Shown here piece by piece: positions 50,306 to 58,010 of a stretch of 64,000 bases of DNA; position 1 is the first letter of the stretch, and each line of letters starts with the position of its first letter. The position numbers were made by a program, and so were the translations under genes. Source of the stretch: Leptolinea sp. UBA5203 (GTDB taxonomy: Bacteria > Chloroflexota > Anaerolineae > Anaerolineales > Anaerolineaceae). The stretch is from the NCBI GenBank assembly GCA_002412765.1, contig DHVR01000002.1:73191-137190 (forward strand). Reading direction: 5' to 3'. Under the pieces are notes generated by a model that was not told the DNA's origin, searched no databases, and was given only the letters and a program-made list of their open reading frames with translations.

Positions 50306-50842
50306 TTAAAAGAAACGATAATTTTCAGGCACCGGGGCCTGTTCCAATTGAAATACTTCATCCGTGTATTGACGCACGGCGGCGATCCAGCCCGCATAGT
50401 TCTCGTTTTTGGATACCCCGCAGCTAATGGCCACCGGCACATCCTGACTGAGGTGCTTCAGGCAATCCAGAGATTTCCTCAGCAGCCGTTCGCGCTCTTT
50501 GCTGGATGTGTGCTCGTCGTAAAACATATCCAGCAAGTCCAGCACCAGGATGGGCATGCGCGGATTATCCAGTGTTTCCAGGCGGGTGAGGACCTGGTAG
50601 CAGGTGAAGACCCGCGAAAGTTTGATGTTTTCCAGCAGGGGATTCACTTCTTCCGTGAGGCGACGGATTTCCCGGGCGATGGTGTAGGGACGAAAGGCAT
50701 TGCCGGCGTCGATAATAAAGAGTTCACCTTTCAGGGCTAATCTGGCGATCAACTGCGGCATGAGGTTGTGCAAATAGCTTCTGGGCGCATTGAGCAGCAG
50801 TAGTCTTTTCTCGGATAAGGAAGGGTATTGAATTTCATTCAT
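50306..50842 (-). CDS. RecA-fold (SulA/ImuA/RadA-paralogue-like) protein without a Walker A P-loop
   Basis: NIKLSRVFTCYQVLTRLETL......ILVLDLLDMFYDE matches the '..h.v.R.f...q....l..l......lvviDs....y..' strand pattern of RecA/RadA/KaiC cores. The expected GxxGxGKT position reads LNAPRSYLHNL. Confidence 0.5.
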   Translation of the reverse strand: MNEIQYPSLSEKRLLLLNAPRSYLHNLMPQLIARLALKGELFIIDAGNAFRPYTIAREIRRLTEEVNPLLENIKLSRVFTCYQVLTRLETLDNPRMPILVLDLLDMFYDEHTSSKERERLLRKSLDCLKHLSQDVPVAISCGVSKNENYAGWIAAVRQYTDEVFQLEQAPVPENYRFF

Positions 50843-50932
50843 AGGCTTATCCTATCTGCTTCTGTGCCAGGGCGGCTATCCCCCGCGTGGGGGATAAAAG
50901 CGGTTAAAAAGGATTACCCCTTTTTTGTCCGG

Positions 50933-51343
50933 TTAATATTGCCAGGCACTGAAATCCCATCCGGCCAGCTCCATGATTAGGGCCTGTTTTTTACACAGTC
51001 CAAATTTGCCGAGGATATTGCGTACGTGGGTCTTGACGGTCTCTGTCGCAATCCCCAGCTTGAGGGCGATCTCCTGATTACTGCAGCCCTTACAAACCCA
51101 AATGGCAACCTGCTGCTCCCGTACGGAGAGGTCCTGCCAGTGGATACTGTTGTATTGGATTTTCCTGCGTTCTTCAATGGCAAAGCGCAGCAGCCGCGCT
51201 GCCAGTTCACTGGGGGAACAATTTTCCTGACTTGCCAGGCTGATCAGGGTTTCATGCAGTTCCGGATCCAATTCAAGGGGCATGTCAGGTTGGATATTAA
51301 AAATAGTTTGGGTCATTGCAGCCAGATCTCTCATCTTTATCAC
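50933..51343 (-). CDS. small transcription regulator with a C-terminal LuxR/GerE HTH and a possible N-terminal ribbon-helix-helix
   Basis: The C-terminus (LSVREQQVAIWVCKGCSNQEIALKLGIATETVKTHVRNILGKFG) is a GerE HTH. The N-terminus (LELDPELHETLISLASQENCSPSELAARLLRFAIEE) looks CopG/RHH-like. The start is GTG 51343 or ATG 51334. Confidence 0.8.
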   Translation of the reverse strand: MIKMRDLAAMTQTIFNIQPDMPLELDPELHETLISLASQENCSPSELAARLLRFAIEERRKIQYNSIHWQDLSVREQQVAIWVCKGCSNQEIALKLGIATETVKTHVRNILGKFGLCKKQALIMELAGWDFSAWQY

Positions 51344-51362
51344 CAGGGGAAAGGGTACTTAA

Positions 51363-51391
51363 ATTATATAGAACAAATGTTCTTGTGTCAA
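51363..51391 (-). promoter_or_regulatory. consensus sigma-70-type promoter (TTGACA-17-TATAAT) of the LuxR-type gene / PolB cassette
   Basis: Read on the minus strand, the -35 TTGACA is 51391-51386 and the -10 TATAAT is 51368-51363. The spacer is 17 nt (CAAGAACATTTGTTCTA). Confidence 0.6.
51370..51383. promoter_or_regulatory. candidate LexA (SOS/Cheo-type) operator
   Basis: AGAACAAATGTTCT is a perfect 14-nt palindrome of the form GAAC-N4-GTTC. It lies entirely within the promoter spacer. Confidence 0.6.
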
Positions 51392-51535
51392 TAGGAAATA
51401 CAATCTTCTTCAGGACGGGGTATTTCGTCTGGTTTTGAAAAGTAGCTGGTTATTTTTTGTTTTTTCGCACTATTTTTCTTAGTTTTTAATTGGGATTATC
51501 CGTTATGATAGAAAAGAACTTTTTGGAGGAGCTGC

Positions 51536-53152
51536 ATGTCCGCAAAACCCTTAAAAATATTTGTGTTTGTATTCCTTCCATTGTTGAGCCTGCTTGTTGT
51601 CAACCAGGTAACGCAGAACAGCATTGCCTTTATTCGCACCATTCTGGCTGCGGCGCCTATTCTGATCGTCCTCGTGGTGATGATTGTCTTTCATGTTGGC
51701 GGACAGGTTGCCGGTCTGATTGGCCTGCTCAGCGGATTGCTGGTTGCATTTCAAGCTTTTGGCCTGACCAGCAATATCTTGATTATTTCCCAGGTAAAAG
51801 GGCTGCTGCTTTTTTTGTTTGTTCTGGCAGTTTTTTTGCCGGCTTTATTTCTATATAACATTGTTAATCAAGCCAGGGGTATTCAATCCATTGCTCTGGC
51901 TCTGGAAAACAGGATTCAGGATCGAGGCATCTTGCTGATTGTCATTGCCTGGGCTTTCAGCGGGATGTTGGAAGGTCTGGCGGGTTTTGGGCTACCCGTG
52001 GCCATGGTTTCCCCAATGTTGGTTGAATTGGGATTGAATCCCATTCTGGCCGTTGCGGCTGTTGCCATTGGGCACGCCTGGTCGGTTACCTTTGGCGATA
52101 TGGGCGTGATTTACCAAACGCTCATCTCAGTGGTAAAGGTTGCTCCGGCGCAATTATCCGTATTTGCGGCCATCTTCCTGGGGATTTCCTGTCTGGCTTG
52201 TGGATTGTCGGTGGCGCACATATTAAAGCGCTTGAACAAATGGCCCATTGTGCTGGTCCTTGCTCTGGTCATGGCCTTCGTGCAGTATGCTTTTGTGATG
52301 CTGAACATTGCTGCCCTGGCGAGTTTTTGTGCCGGGTTGGCGGGTGTAAGTGCTGCAATACTGATCAATCACATCATTATGAAATCTAAAAATGAAAAAA
52401 GCGCCCCCATGGAATGGACGCCGTCCTTGAAAATGGCCCTCTTGAGTTATGGCTCCCTGACCGTTCTGATGAGTCTGATTGCTATTGTCCCGCCTCTTCA
52501 TCAGGCTTTGGGAAAAATATCCTGGGTTGTGGCCTACCCCGAAGTGACCACCTTGCGTGGCTTTACTACGGCGGCGGTGATTAATCAACACTATTATCCT
52601 TTACTGCATCCGGGGACATCCATCTTGTTGATTGCTTTGATCAGTTATTTTCTGAATAAACGGGCGAAACTTTATTCGTCAACGAATCTCATGCATATTG
52701 TTTCCATCACTGTGAAAGCAGCTTTGCCGCCAGCGATTGGAATTCTCTCCATGGTGGGGCTTTCGTTTCTCATGGATCACAGTGGTATGACGGTTCAACT
52801 GGCTGAATTGTTAAGTAGTTTTTTTAATGCAGCCTTCCCGTTAGTTTCACCTTACATCGGCATGTTGGGCGCCTTTGCTACCGGAAGTAATAATAATTCC
52901 AATGTTTTGTTTGCTCCCCTGCAAGAGGGGATCGCGATCCTTCTGAAAATCTCGCCTGCGGTGATTGTGGCTGCCCAAACGACGGGCGGTGCATTAGGCA
53001 GCATGATAGCCCCAGCCAAAGTGATTGTGGGCTGCAGCACAGTGGCAGCCCAGGGTCGGGATGGAGAAGTTCTGCGCAAGACCATTCCCTATGGCCTGGT
53101 CATCGGGCTGGTGATGGGAATTGTGACCATGCTATTTGCAATGAATAATTGA
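51536..53152 (+). CDS. L-lactate permease (LctP) family transporter
   Basis: 538 aa and polytopic. LctP-like segments are present (GHAWSVTFGDMG, GAFATGSNNNSNVLFAPLQ, AAQTTGGALGSMIAPAK). ATG 51536 follows GGAGGA. Confidence 0.75.
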   Translation: MSAKPLKIFVFVFLPLLSLLVVNQVTQNSIAFIRTILAAAPILIVLVVMIVFHVGGQVAGLIGLLSGLLVAFQAFGLTSNILIISQVKGLLLFLFVLAVFLPALFLYNIVNQARGIQSIALALENRIQDRGILLIVIAWAFSGMLEGLAGFGLPVAMVSPMLVELGLNPILAVAAVAIGHAWSVTFGDMGVIYQTLISVVKVAPAQLSVFAAIFLGISCLACGLSVAHILKRLNKWPIVLVLALVMAFVQYAFVMLNIAALASFCAGLAGVSAAILINHIIMKSKNEKSAPMEWTPSLKMALLSYGSLTVLMSLIAIVPPLHQALGKISWVVAYPEVTTLRGFTTAAVINQHYYPLLHPGTSILLIALISYFLNKRAKLYSSTNLMHIVSITVKAALPPAIGILSMVGLSFLMDHSGMTVQLAELLSSFFNAAFPLVSPYIGMLGAFATGSNNNSNVLFAPLQEGIAILLKISPAVIVAAQTTGGALGSMIAPAKVIVGCSTVAAQGRDGEVLRKTIPYGLVIGLVMGIVTMLFAMNN

Positions 53153-53230
53153 TTTCTATGAGATCGGCAGCAGGGGTAAGAAAATTCTTTTCCAGATAGG
53201 CTTAATCATTTTCAGAATAACAAACTACTT

Positions 53231-54283
53231 CTAAGCCCTTGCCGTTTGAGCCAGCACAACCCATGGGTAGATTTCCAGTGCATGGATTTTAATTTTGGAA
53301 TTGGAGGTGGTGATTTGCAGCAATCCATTGTCAAGCAGAAGTGGAGTTTCCATACAGTCGGCACCCAGTGAAGTGAGGCGTTTTGCCAGGTCCAATAGAA
53401 AGTGATGGCTGGGCTCTAAAGAAGTAGTTAGAAAAAGGAGCTGTTGGGCGCCATTGAGCCCGGCCATGCCGCTGCCGATTTGCTTGAGCAGATGGTTTTG
53501 CAGCCTTTCCCGGCTTATCTGATGTTCTTTCGGCATAGTGTTTTGAATCAATGTGTCCAGCCGCATCAGTTGGGGATCCAGCGCCTGAAAACCGCTTTGC
53601 AGGGTCAGCACCTGCAGGGCTTGATCCACACTCATGCCGTCCTCGCACAGCAATAAAGACAGGGATGGATCGATGCTGCCTACGCTAGTCAGGCCAGGGA
53701 TGCCCTCCAATTTGGAGAATCCGCTGGAGCACTCCACAGCAATTCCGCGCTGGATGACGGCTACGGATGCGGAAAACTCATCCAGGAAGACCGTGATCAA
53801 GCGATCACTCTGATCAGGATAAGCTGCTCTGATGAGCCGAGAGCCGTATTGATGATAGATTCCATCCGACCCGTAGCGTTGAATCTCAGGATAGCGAAGT
53901 TCCTTTGGGAGCGCATAGCCATGGGCGGTTTGCGGCATATGCTGGAAAAAAGCTGTGTTGCAAAGCAGGATATGGCGCAGCTCTGGCCGCATGGTAACCA
54001 TCTGAAAGACGGTATTCATTAGCAAGGTGTTTTCAAAAGGGGCAAACTTCTGCATGTCCTGTAAAAGACTTAGCATGCCCGGGGTCAATTCTGTAACGGC
54101 TTCGTTGAACTCAGGTCCGCCATTTTCAAGTAAATAGACGGCTTCTTCGGCTTCTTCCACAGCATCCATCAGCTCGGCAGGAAAGGGCTGCTCTGGTAAA
54201 AGTTTCCCGCAGCGGATCAAGTAGTCCTGATCATTCAGTTCTGCCCAATCCATGTGGTAAGGCGTGGTTTTAAAGATCAGCAT
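53231..54283 (-). CDS. degenerate acetate/propionate-kinase-family (ASKHA) paralogue
   Basis: It aligns by eye with the acetate-kinase core. RYGSDGIYH matches YGFHGTSH, GLTSVGSIDP matches GTRSGDIDP, and SKIKIHALEIYPWVVLAQTA matches SKVKVLVIPTNEELMIARDT. It lacks the N-terminal NxGSSS motif. The start overlaps the upstream gene by 14 nt. Confidence 0.6.
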   Translation of the reverse strand: MLIFKTTPYHMDWAELNDQDYLIRCGKLLPEQPFPAELMDAVEEAEEAVYLLENGGPEFNEAVTELTPGMLSLLQDMQKFAPFENTLLMNTVFQMVTMRPELRHILLCNTAFFQHMPQTAHGYALPKELRYPEIQRYGSDGIYHQYGSRLIRAAYPDQSDRLITVFLDEFSASVAVIQRGIAVECSSGFSKLEGIPGLTSVGSIDPSLSLLLCEDGMSVDQALQVLTLQSGFQALDPQLMRLDTLIQNTMPKEHQISRERLQNHLLKQIGSGMAGLNGAQQLLFLTTSLEPSHHFLLDLAKRLTSLGADCMETPLLLDNGLLQITTSNSKIKIHALEIYPWVVLAQTARA

Positions 54284-55490
54284 GCTTCACCTCCTGGAGT
54301 AAATTGAAACCATCCCGGGCGATGATGCTTTCTTCGTCTGTTGGCAGAACCATTACGCGTACCGCTGATTTGGCGGTTTGAATTTCTGAAAGACAATCCA
54401 GCGGGGCAGTCCGGTTTTTTTGTTCATCCAGTTCAAGCCCCAGCCAATCCATCTTGGCACAGGTTAAGTGACGAATGGCGGGGTTTTGAAGTCCAATATC
54501 ATCGGTAAAGACCAGGATATCCAGCCCCCCCAGAATGGCTGCGTAGGCGCCGATATATTTTTTCAGGCGGTGAATCAACAGGTCAATGGCAGCCTGTGCT
54601 TCTGGATTATGCTGTTCATCCGCTGATTTGAGGATATCGCGGATATCACTGGAAAAACCGGATAGACCCAGCAAACCGCTATTTTTATTAAAGATTTGAT
54701 TTAGCTCGCTGGCGGTATGGTTATGCACCTGCATCAGGTAGAGGGGGATAAATGGATCCAGGTCCCCGCAGCGGGTGCTCATCACCAGACCTTGCAGAGG
54801 TGTATAACCCATGGAAGTATCCACTGGTTTACCATTCTTGATGGCAGTGATGCTGGAGCCACCGGTGCCCAGATGGCAGGCAATGATCTTCAGCGGGGCT
54901 AGATCCAAATTCAGCGTTTGGCTGATGTGTTGAAAGATATAAGTGTATGAGAGGCCGTGAAAGCCGTAATGGCGGATGTCATGCTGTTTTGTAAATGCAT
55001 TGGGCAGGGTCTCTAAGGCGGCAATATCCGGCATCTGGCTGTAAAAGGTGGTATCGAAGGTGACATATTCGGGCAAGCCGGGGTAGGACTGCTGGCAGGC
55101 ACGAATTACACTGTAAGAATTGGGGTTATGAATGGGAGCCAAAGGCAGACATCGTTCCAGCGCGGGAGTAGTTAGGGGAGTGATCAGAGTGGAGCTAGTA
55201 AACAAAGAACCGCCATGCACAAAACGATGGCCGATAGCATCAAACTGGATATCCAGCTTTTGCAGCATTTGGATGATTTGTCCGGCGGCCTGGGCATGGC
55301 TGTCAAGCTGCATGGGGACAACGGTATGCTGCCCATCCTGATTTAGCTCAATAAAGGACTCTTCTGTGCCTTTCACACCTACTCGATGGGCTTTCCCGTG
55401 CAGCAGGATTTTCGGGGTTAAAGAAGAGTCGACAGAAAAAAGTTTAAACGATAGAGAAGAAGAACCACAATTAAAGATGAGAAGTTTCAT
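54270..55490 (-). CDS. acetate-kinase-family protein (atypical active site)
   Basis: It has LIFNCGSSSLSF, GHRFVHGG, APIHNP, FDTTF, YGFHGLSY and STRCGD. However, HLGTGG replaces HLGNG and DDIGLQN replaces AGIGEN. Confidence 0.8.
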   Translation of the reverse strand: MKLLIFNCGSSSLSFKLFSVDSSLTPKILLHGKAHRVGVKGTEESFIELNQDGQHTVVPMQLDSHAQAAGQIIQMLQKLDIQFDAIGHRFVHGGSLFTSSTLITPLTTPALERCLPLAPIHNPNSYSVIRACQQSYPGLPEYVTFDTTFYSQMPDIAALETLPNAFTKQHDIRHYGFHGLSYTYIFQHISQTLNLDLAPLKIIACHLGTGGSSITAIKNGKPVDTSMGYTPLQGLVMSTRCGDLDPFIPLYLMQVHNHTASELNQIFNKNSGLLGLSGFSSDIRDILKSADEQHNPEAQAAIDLLIHRLKKYIGAYAAILGGLDILVFTDDIGLQNPAIRHLTCAKMDWLGLELDEQKNRTAPLDCLSEIQTAKSAVRVMVLPTDEESIIARDGFNLLQEVKHADL

Positions 55491-55535
55491 GGATCCATCC
55501 TTGCTGATGGGGTAAAACCAGATTAATGGATTTGA

Positions 55536-56663
55536 TTATGAACTGAACTCCATAATGACATCCATGACCTGCTCAACTTCGTTCAGAGTCATGCTGTTGT
55601 TAAGAGGCAAGCGCACGAGCTGATCACTGATCTTTTCAGTTACCGGACAATCCCCAGGATTGCCGCCCAGTTTTTCACCCATGACGGAAAGATGCAGGGG
55701 CAGGTAATGGAAAACACTATAAATATCTTGATCCCGCAGGGTTTTAATAAAGCGCGTACGGACTTCCAAATTCGGGGCGAGTAAATAAAACATATGATAG
55801 GACTGTTCACACTCGTCCGGAATGATGGGCAGACGGAAACCGTTCTTCAGGGCCCAATTGCCAAGATGCTGATTGTATTGGTCCCAAATCATTTTCCTGC
55901 GCTGCTGAATCAGGGAAGCTTTTTCAAGTTGGGCGAATAAAACGGCTGCCAGAATTTCAGAAGGAATATAGCTGGAGCCGACATCCACCCAGGTATATTT
56001 GTCAATCATGCCGCGGAAGAAGCGGCTGCGATCGGTGCCTTTCTCGCGAATGATTTCAGCGCGCTCGATGTAAGCCGGATTATTGATAAACAAAGCACCG
56101 CCTTCGCCGCTGGTGATGTTTTTGGTCTCATGAAAACTCTGCGCTGCAAAGGTTCCCAAAGTGCCGAGATTCTTGCCTTTATATTTGCTGAACAGGCCGT
56201 GGGCGTTATCTTCGACGATTATGAGATTGTGTTTGTCCGCGATTCGTTGAATGGTATCCATCTCACAGGAGACACCGGCGTAATGCACCGGAACGATGGC
56301 TCTGGTGCGCTCGGTAATATGCTCTTCCAGGAGGGTTTCATCCAGATTCAAAGTATCCGGACGGACGTCTACAATCACGGGTTTGATGCCATGCAAGAGG
56401 AAAGCATTTACGGTGGAAACAAAGGTAAAAGAAGGCGCAAGAATTTCATCCCCTTCCTCCAGGTCCATTAAAATGGCTGCCATTTCCAATGCATGGGTGC
56501 AGGAAGTGGTCAGCAGGGCTTTTCCGACCCCCAGTGTCTCTTCAAAGTAACTATGGCACTTTTTGGTAAAAAACCCATCTCCGGAGAGATGATTATTTTC
56601 AAAGGTTTGACGCACATATTCCAGTTCATTGCCGAGAATGGCTACTTTATTAAAGTCAATCAT
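55536..56663 (-). CDS. wecE: DegT/WecE-type PLP aminotransferase (dTDP-4-keto-6-deoxyhexose 4-aminotransferase-like)
   Basis: LSGDGFFTKKCHSYFEE...LLTTSCTHALEMAAILMDLEEGDEILAPSFTFVSTVNAF....VDVRPDTLNLDE closely follows the WecE/RffA pattern. Confidence 0.85.
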   Translation of the reverse strand: MIDFNKVAILGNELEYVRQTFENNHLSGDGFFTKKCHSYFEETLGVGKALLTTSCTHALEMAAILMDLEEGDEILAPSFTFVSTVNAFLLHGIKPVIVDVRPDTLNLDETLLEEHITERTRAIVPVHYAGVSCEMDTIQRIADKHNLIIVEDNAHGLFSKYKGKNLGTLGTFAAQSFHETKNITSGEGGALFINNPAYIERAEIIREKGTDRSRFFRGMIDKYTWVDVGSSYIPSEILAAVLFAQLEKASLIQQRRKMIWDQYNQHLGNWALKNGFRLPIIPDECEQSYHMFYLLAPNLEVRTRFIKTLRDQDIYSVFHYLPLHLSVMGEKLGGNPGDCPVTEKISDQLVRLPLNNSMTLNEVEQVMDVIMEFSS

Positions 56664-56668
56664 GTTTC

Positions 56669-57295
56669 TTATTTCCGGATTAATAGAGTGAAATCATAAA
56701 CTTCATAGTCATGAAGTAAGGCGACATTGCGCGAAAAATTAAGTTTACAGTAATCAAACAGGTAACATGGGTCTGCATAATATAAGTCATCCCGCATGCG
56801 ATCAACATCCGAGTATTTGGTGAGGAAATTGATGGAAAATCCCTTCTCAGCAAGATCATTAATTTCATGCATGCATTTGACCACATATTTCGTCCATTGG
56901 TCATAATCCGCATTAAGTTTCATGTTAAAGACACCGCAAGCGCTGACGTAATCCACTGGAGGGCATTCGGATAAATCTGACGTGAAGATGCAATTGGGAT
57001 CGTCTTCGTGAAGTTTGCGACCTTCCAGCACCATCGATTCCAACAAATCATAGCCATAATACAGGCGGACTTTTTTTTCTTTCAGAATCAAATAATCGTA
57101 AAAGGCACCATAGCCTGCGCCGTAATCCAGTATGGAGAAAGAGGTATCCGGTTCGATGATCTTGACCAACTGATCGAAGCGTATTTCCCGAGCTTGATTT
57201 GAGTTCCAATCCACGCCTTTGGCTTCAGTGCCATGGATTTTTAATTTTTCATCAAAATATTGATTTACATTCTCAAGAACTTTTTTTAATTCCAT
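56669..57295 (-). CDS. class I SAM-dependent methyltransferase
   Basis: Motif I is ILDYGAGYG, in a 208-aa protein. Confidence 0.7.
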   Translation of the reverse strand: MELKKVLENVNQYFDEKLKIHGTEAKGVDWNSNQAREIRFDQLVKIIEPDTSFSILDYGAGYGAFYDYLILKEKKVRLYYGYDLLESMVLEGRKLHEDDPNCIFTSDLSECPPVDYVSACGVFNMKLNADYDQWTKYVVKCMHEINDLAEKGFSINFLTKYSDVDRMRDDLYYADPCYLFDYCKLNFSRNVALLHDYEVYDFTLLIRK

Positions 57296-57312
57296 TTGAT
57301 TTCACCTTCTCC

Positions 57313-57999
57313 CTAGAAATAGTCCAACGCTTGTGGACCTTTCATGAATAATAAATCGAGGATACTGACTTGTGATTCGAAAGGTGGATAGAGCTGATCA
57401 TACTCCGGGTAGTCATAGATTATGAAGGATAATTCAATCCCAGCAGAGGTGAAGAGTTCAGGCTCCAGATAATCCCGTGCAGATGGTCCGGATAAATAGG
57501 ATGTCGCACCCACTTTGGCTAAAATCTGCATGAGACGGTCGGTCTTGGTGCCGGTGATTCCCTGAATTTCCGAAGATCGCAGAAAAGTAGTATTTTGAAT
57601 ACCCAGCAATCCGCTGATGGCGATGGTCAGGTCGATGGTAAACTCCGCGAGATGAGTGTCATACCGCTCATAAAACGGGGCGAGGACATCCTGATAGCGT
57701 TGAAAATAAGGGGCTTTGCTATAGGAAAGCTGAAGGGCATTCCAATGCTTGCGATTCCAATTTTGCGCCCAATTGATTTGAACATCATGGATTGGAGTGT
57801 GATTTTCTTCAATACCCTTGGTTAATACTGGAATGGTTAACCATTGGGAGCCATCCCGGGTTTTGATTCGATTGCGGTTACGCCAGCCGTTCTTGTCATA
57901 TTTGACGTCGTCATAGAAGATGAAGGTATCCGCCTGGCGGATTTGATCAAAATATCCACGCCAGGGAATATACGAAGGCTGTAAAATAACACATTTCAT
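57313..57999 (-). CDS. WbqC-family protein (function unknown, typical of amino-sugar/O-antigen loci)
   Basis: MKCVILQPSYIPWRGYFDQIRQADTFIFYDDVKYDKNGWRNRNRI matches the WbqC N-terminal signature. Confidence 0.8.
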   Translation of the reverse strand: MKCVILQPSYIPWRGYFDQIRQADTFIFYDDVKYDKNGWRNRNRIKTRDGSQWLTIPVLTKGIEENHTPIHDVQINWAQNWNRKHWNALQLSYSKAPYFQRYQDVLAPFYERYDTHLAEFTIDLTIAISGLLGIQNTTFLRSSEIQGITGTKTDRLMQILAKVGATSYLSGPSARDYLEPELFTSAGIELSFIIYDYPEYDQLYPPFESQVSILDLLFMKGPQALDYF

Positions 58000-58010
58000 G
58001 TTTGGGATTA

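Noticed and set aside
50264-50740. A 158-aa plus-strand ORF lies antisense to the RecA-like gene.
   Set aside because: It is a shadow ORF in GC-rich coding sequence. It has no RBS or motif support, and the minus-strand reading gives a coherent alpha/beta pattern and operon structure.
50877-50925. Hairpins TATCCCCC-GCGT-GGGGGATA and AAAAAGG-ATTACC-CCTTTTT as a firm terminator separating the LuxR-type gene from the PolB genes.
   Set aside because: The GC-rich hairpin has no U-tract on the transcribed strand, and the A/T hairpin is weak. The sequence alone cannot decide between insulation and read-through, so I did not call a terminator.
51490-51858. A 122-aa ORF in an alternative frame over the start of the lactate permease gene.
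   Set aside because: It is Cys/Gly-rich nonsense. The permease frame has a GGAGGA RBS and continuous TM segments.
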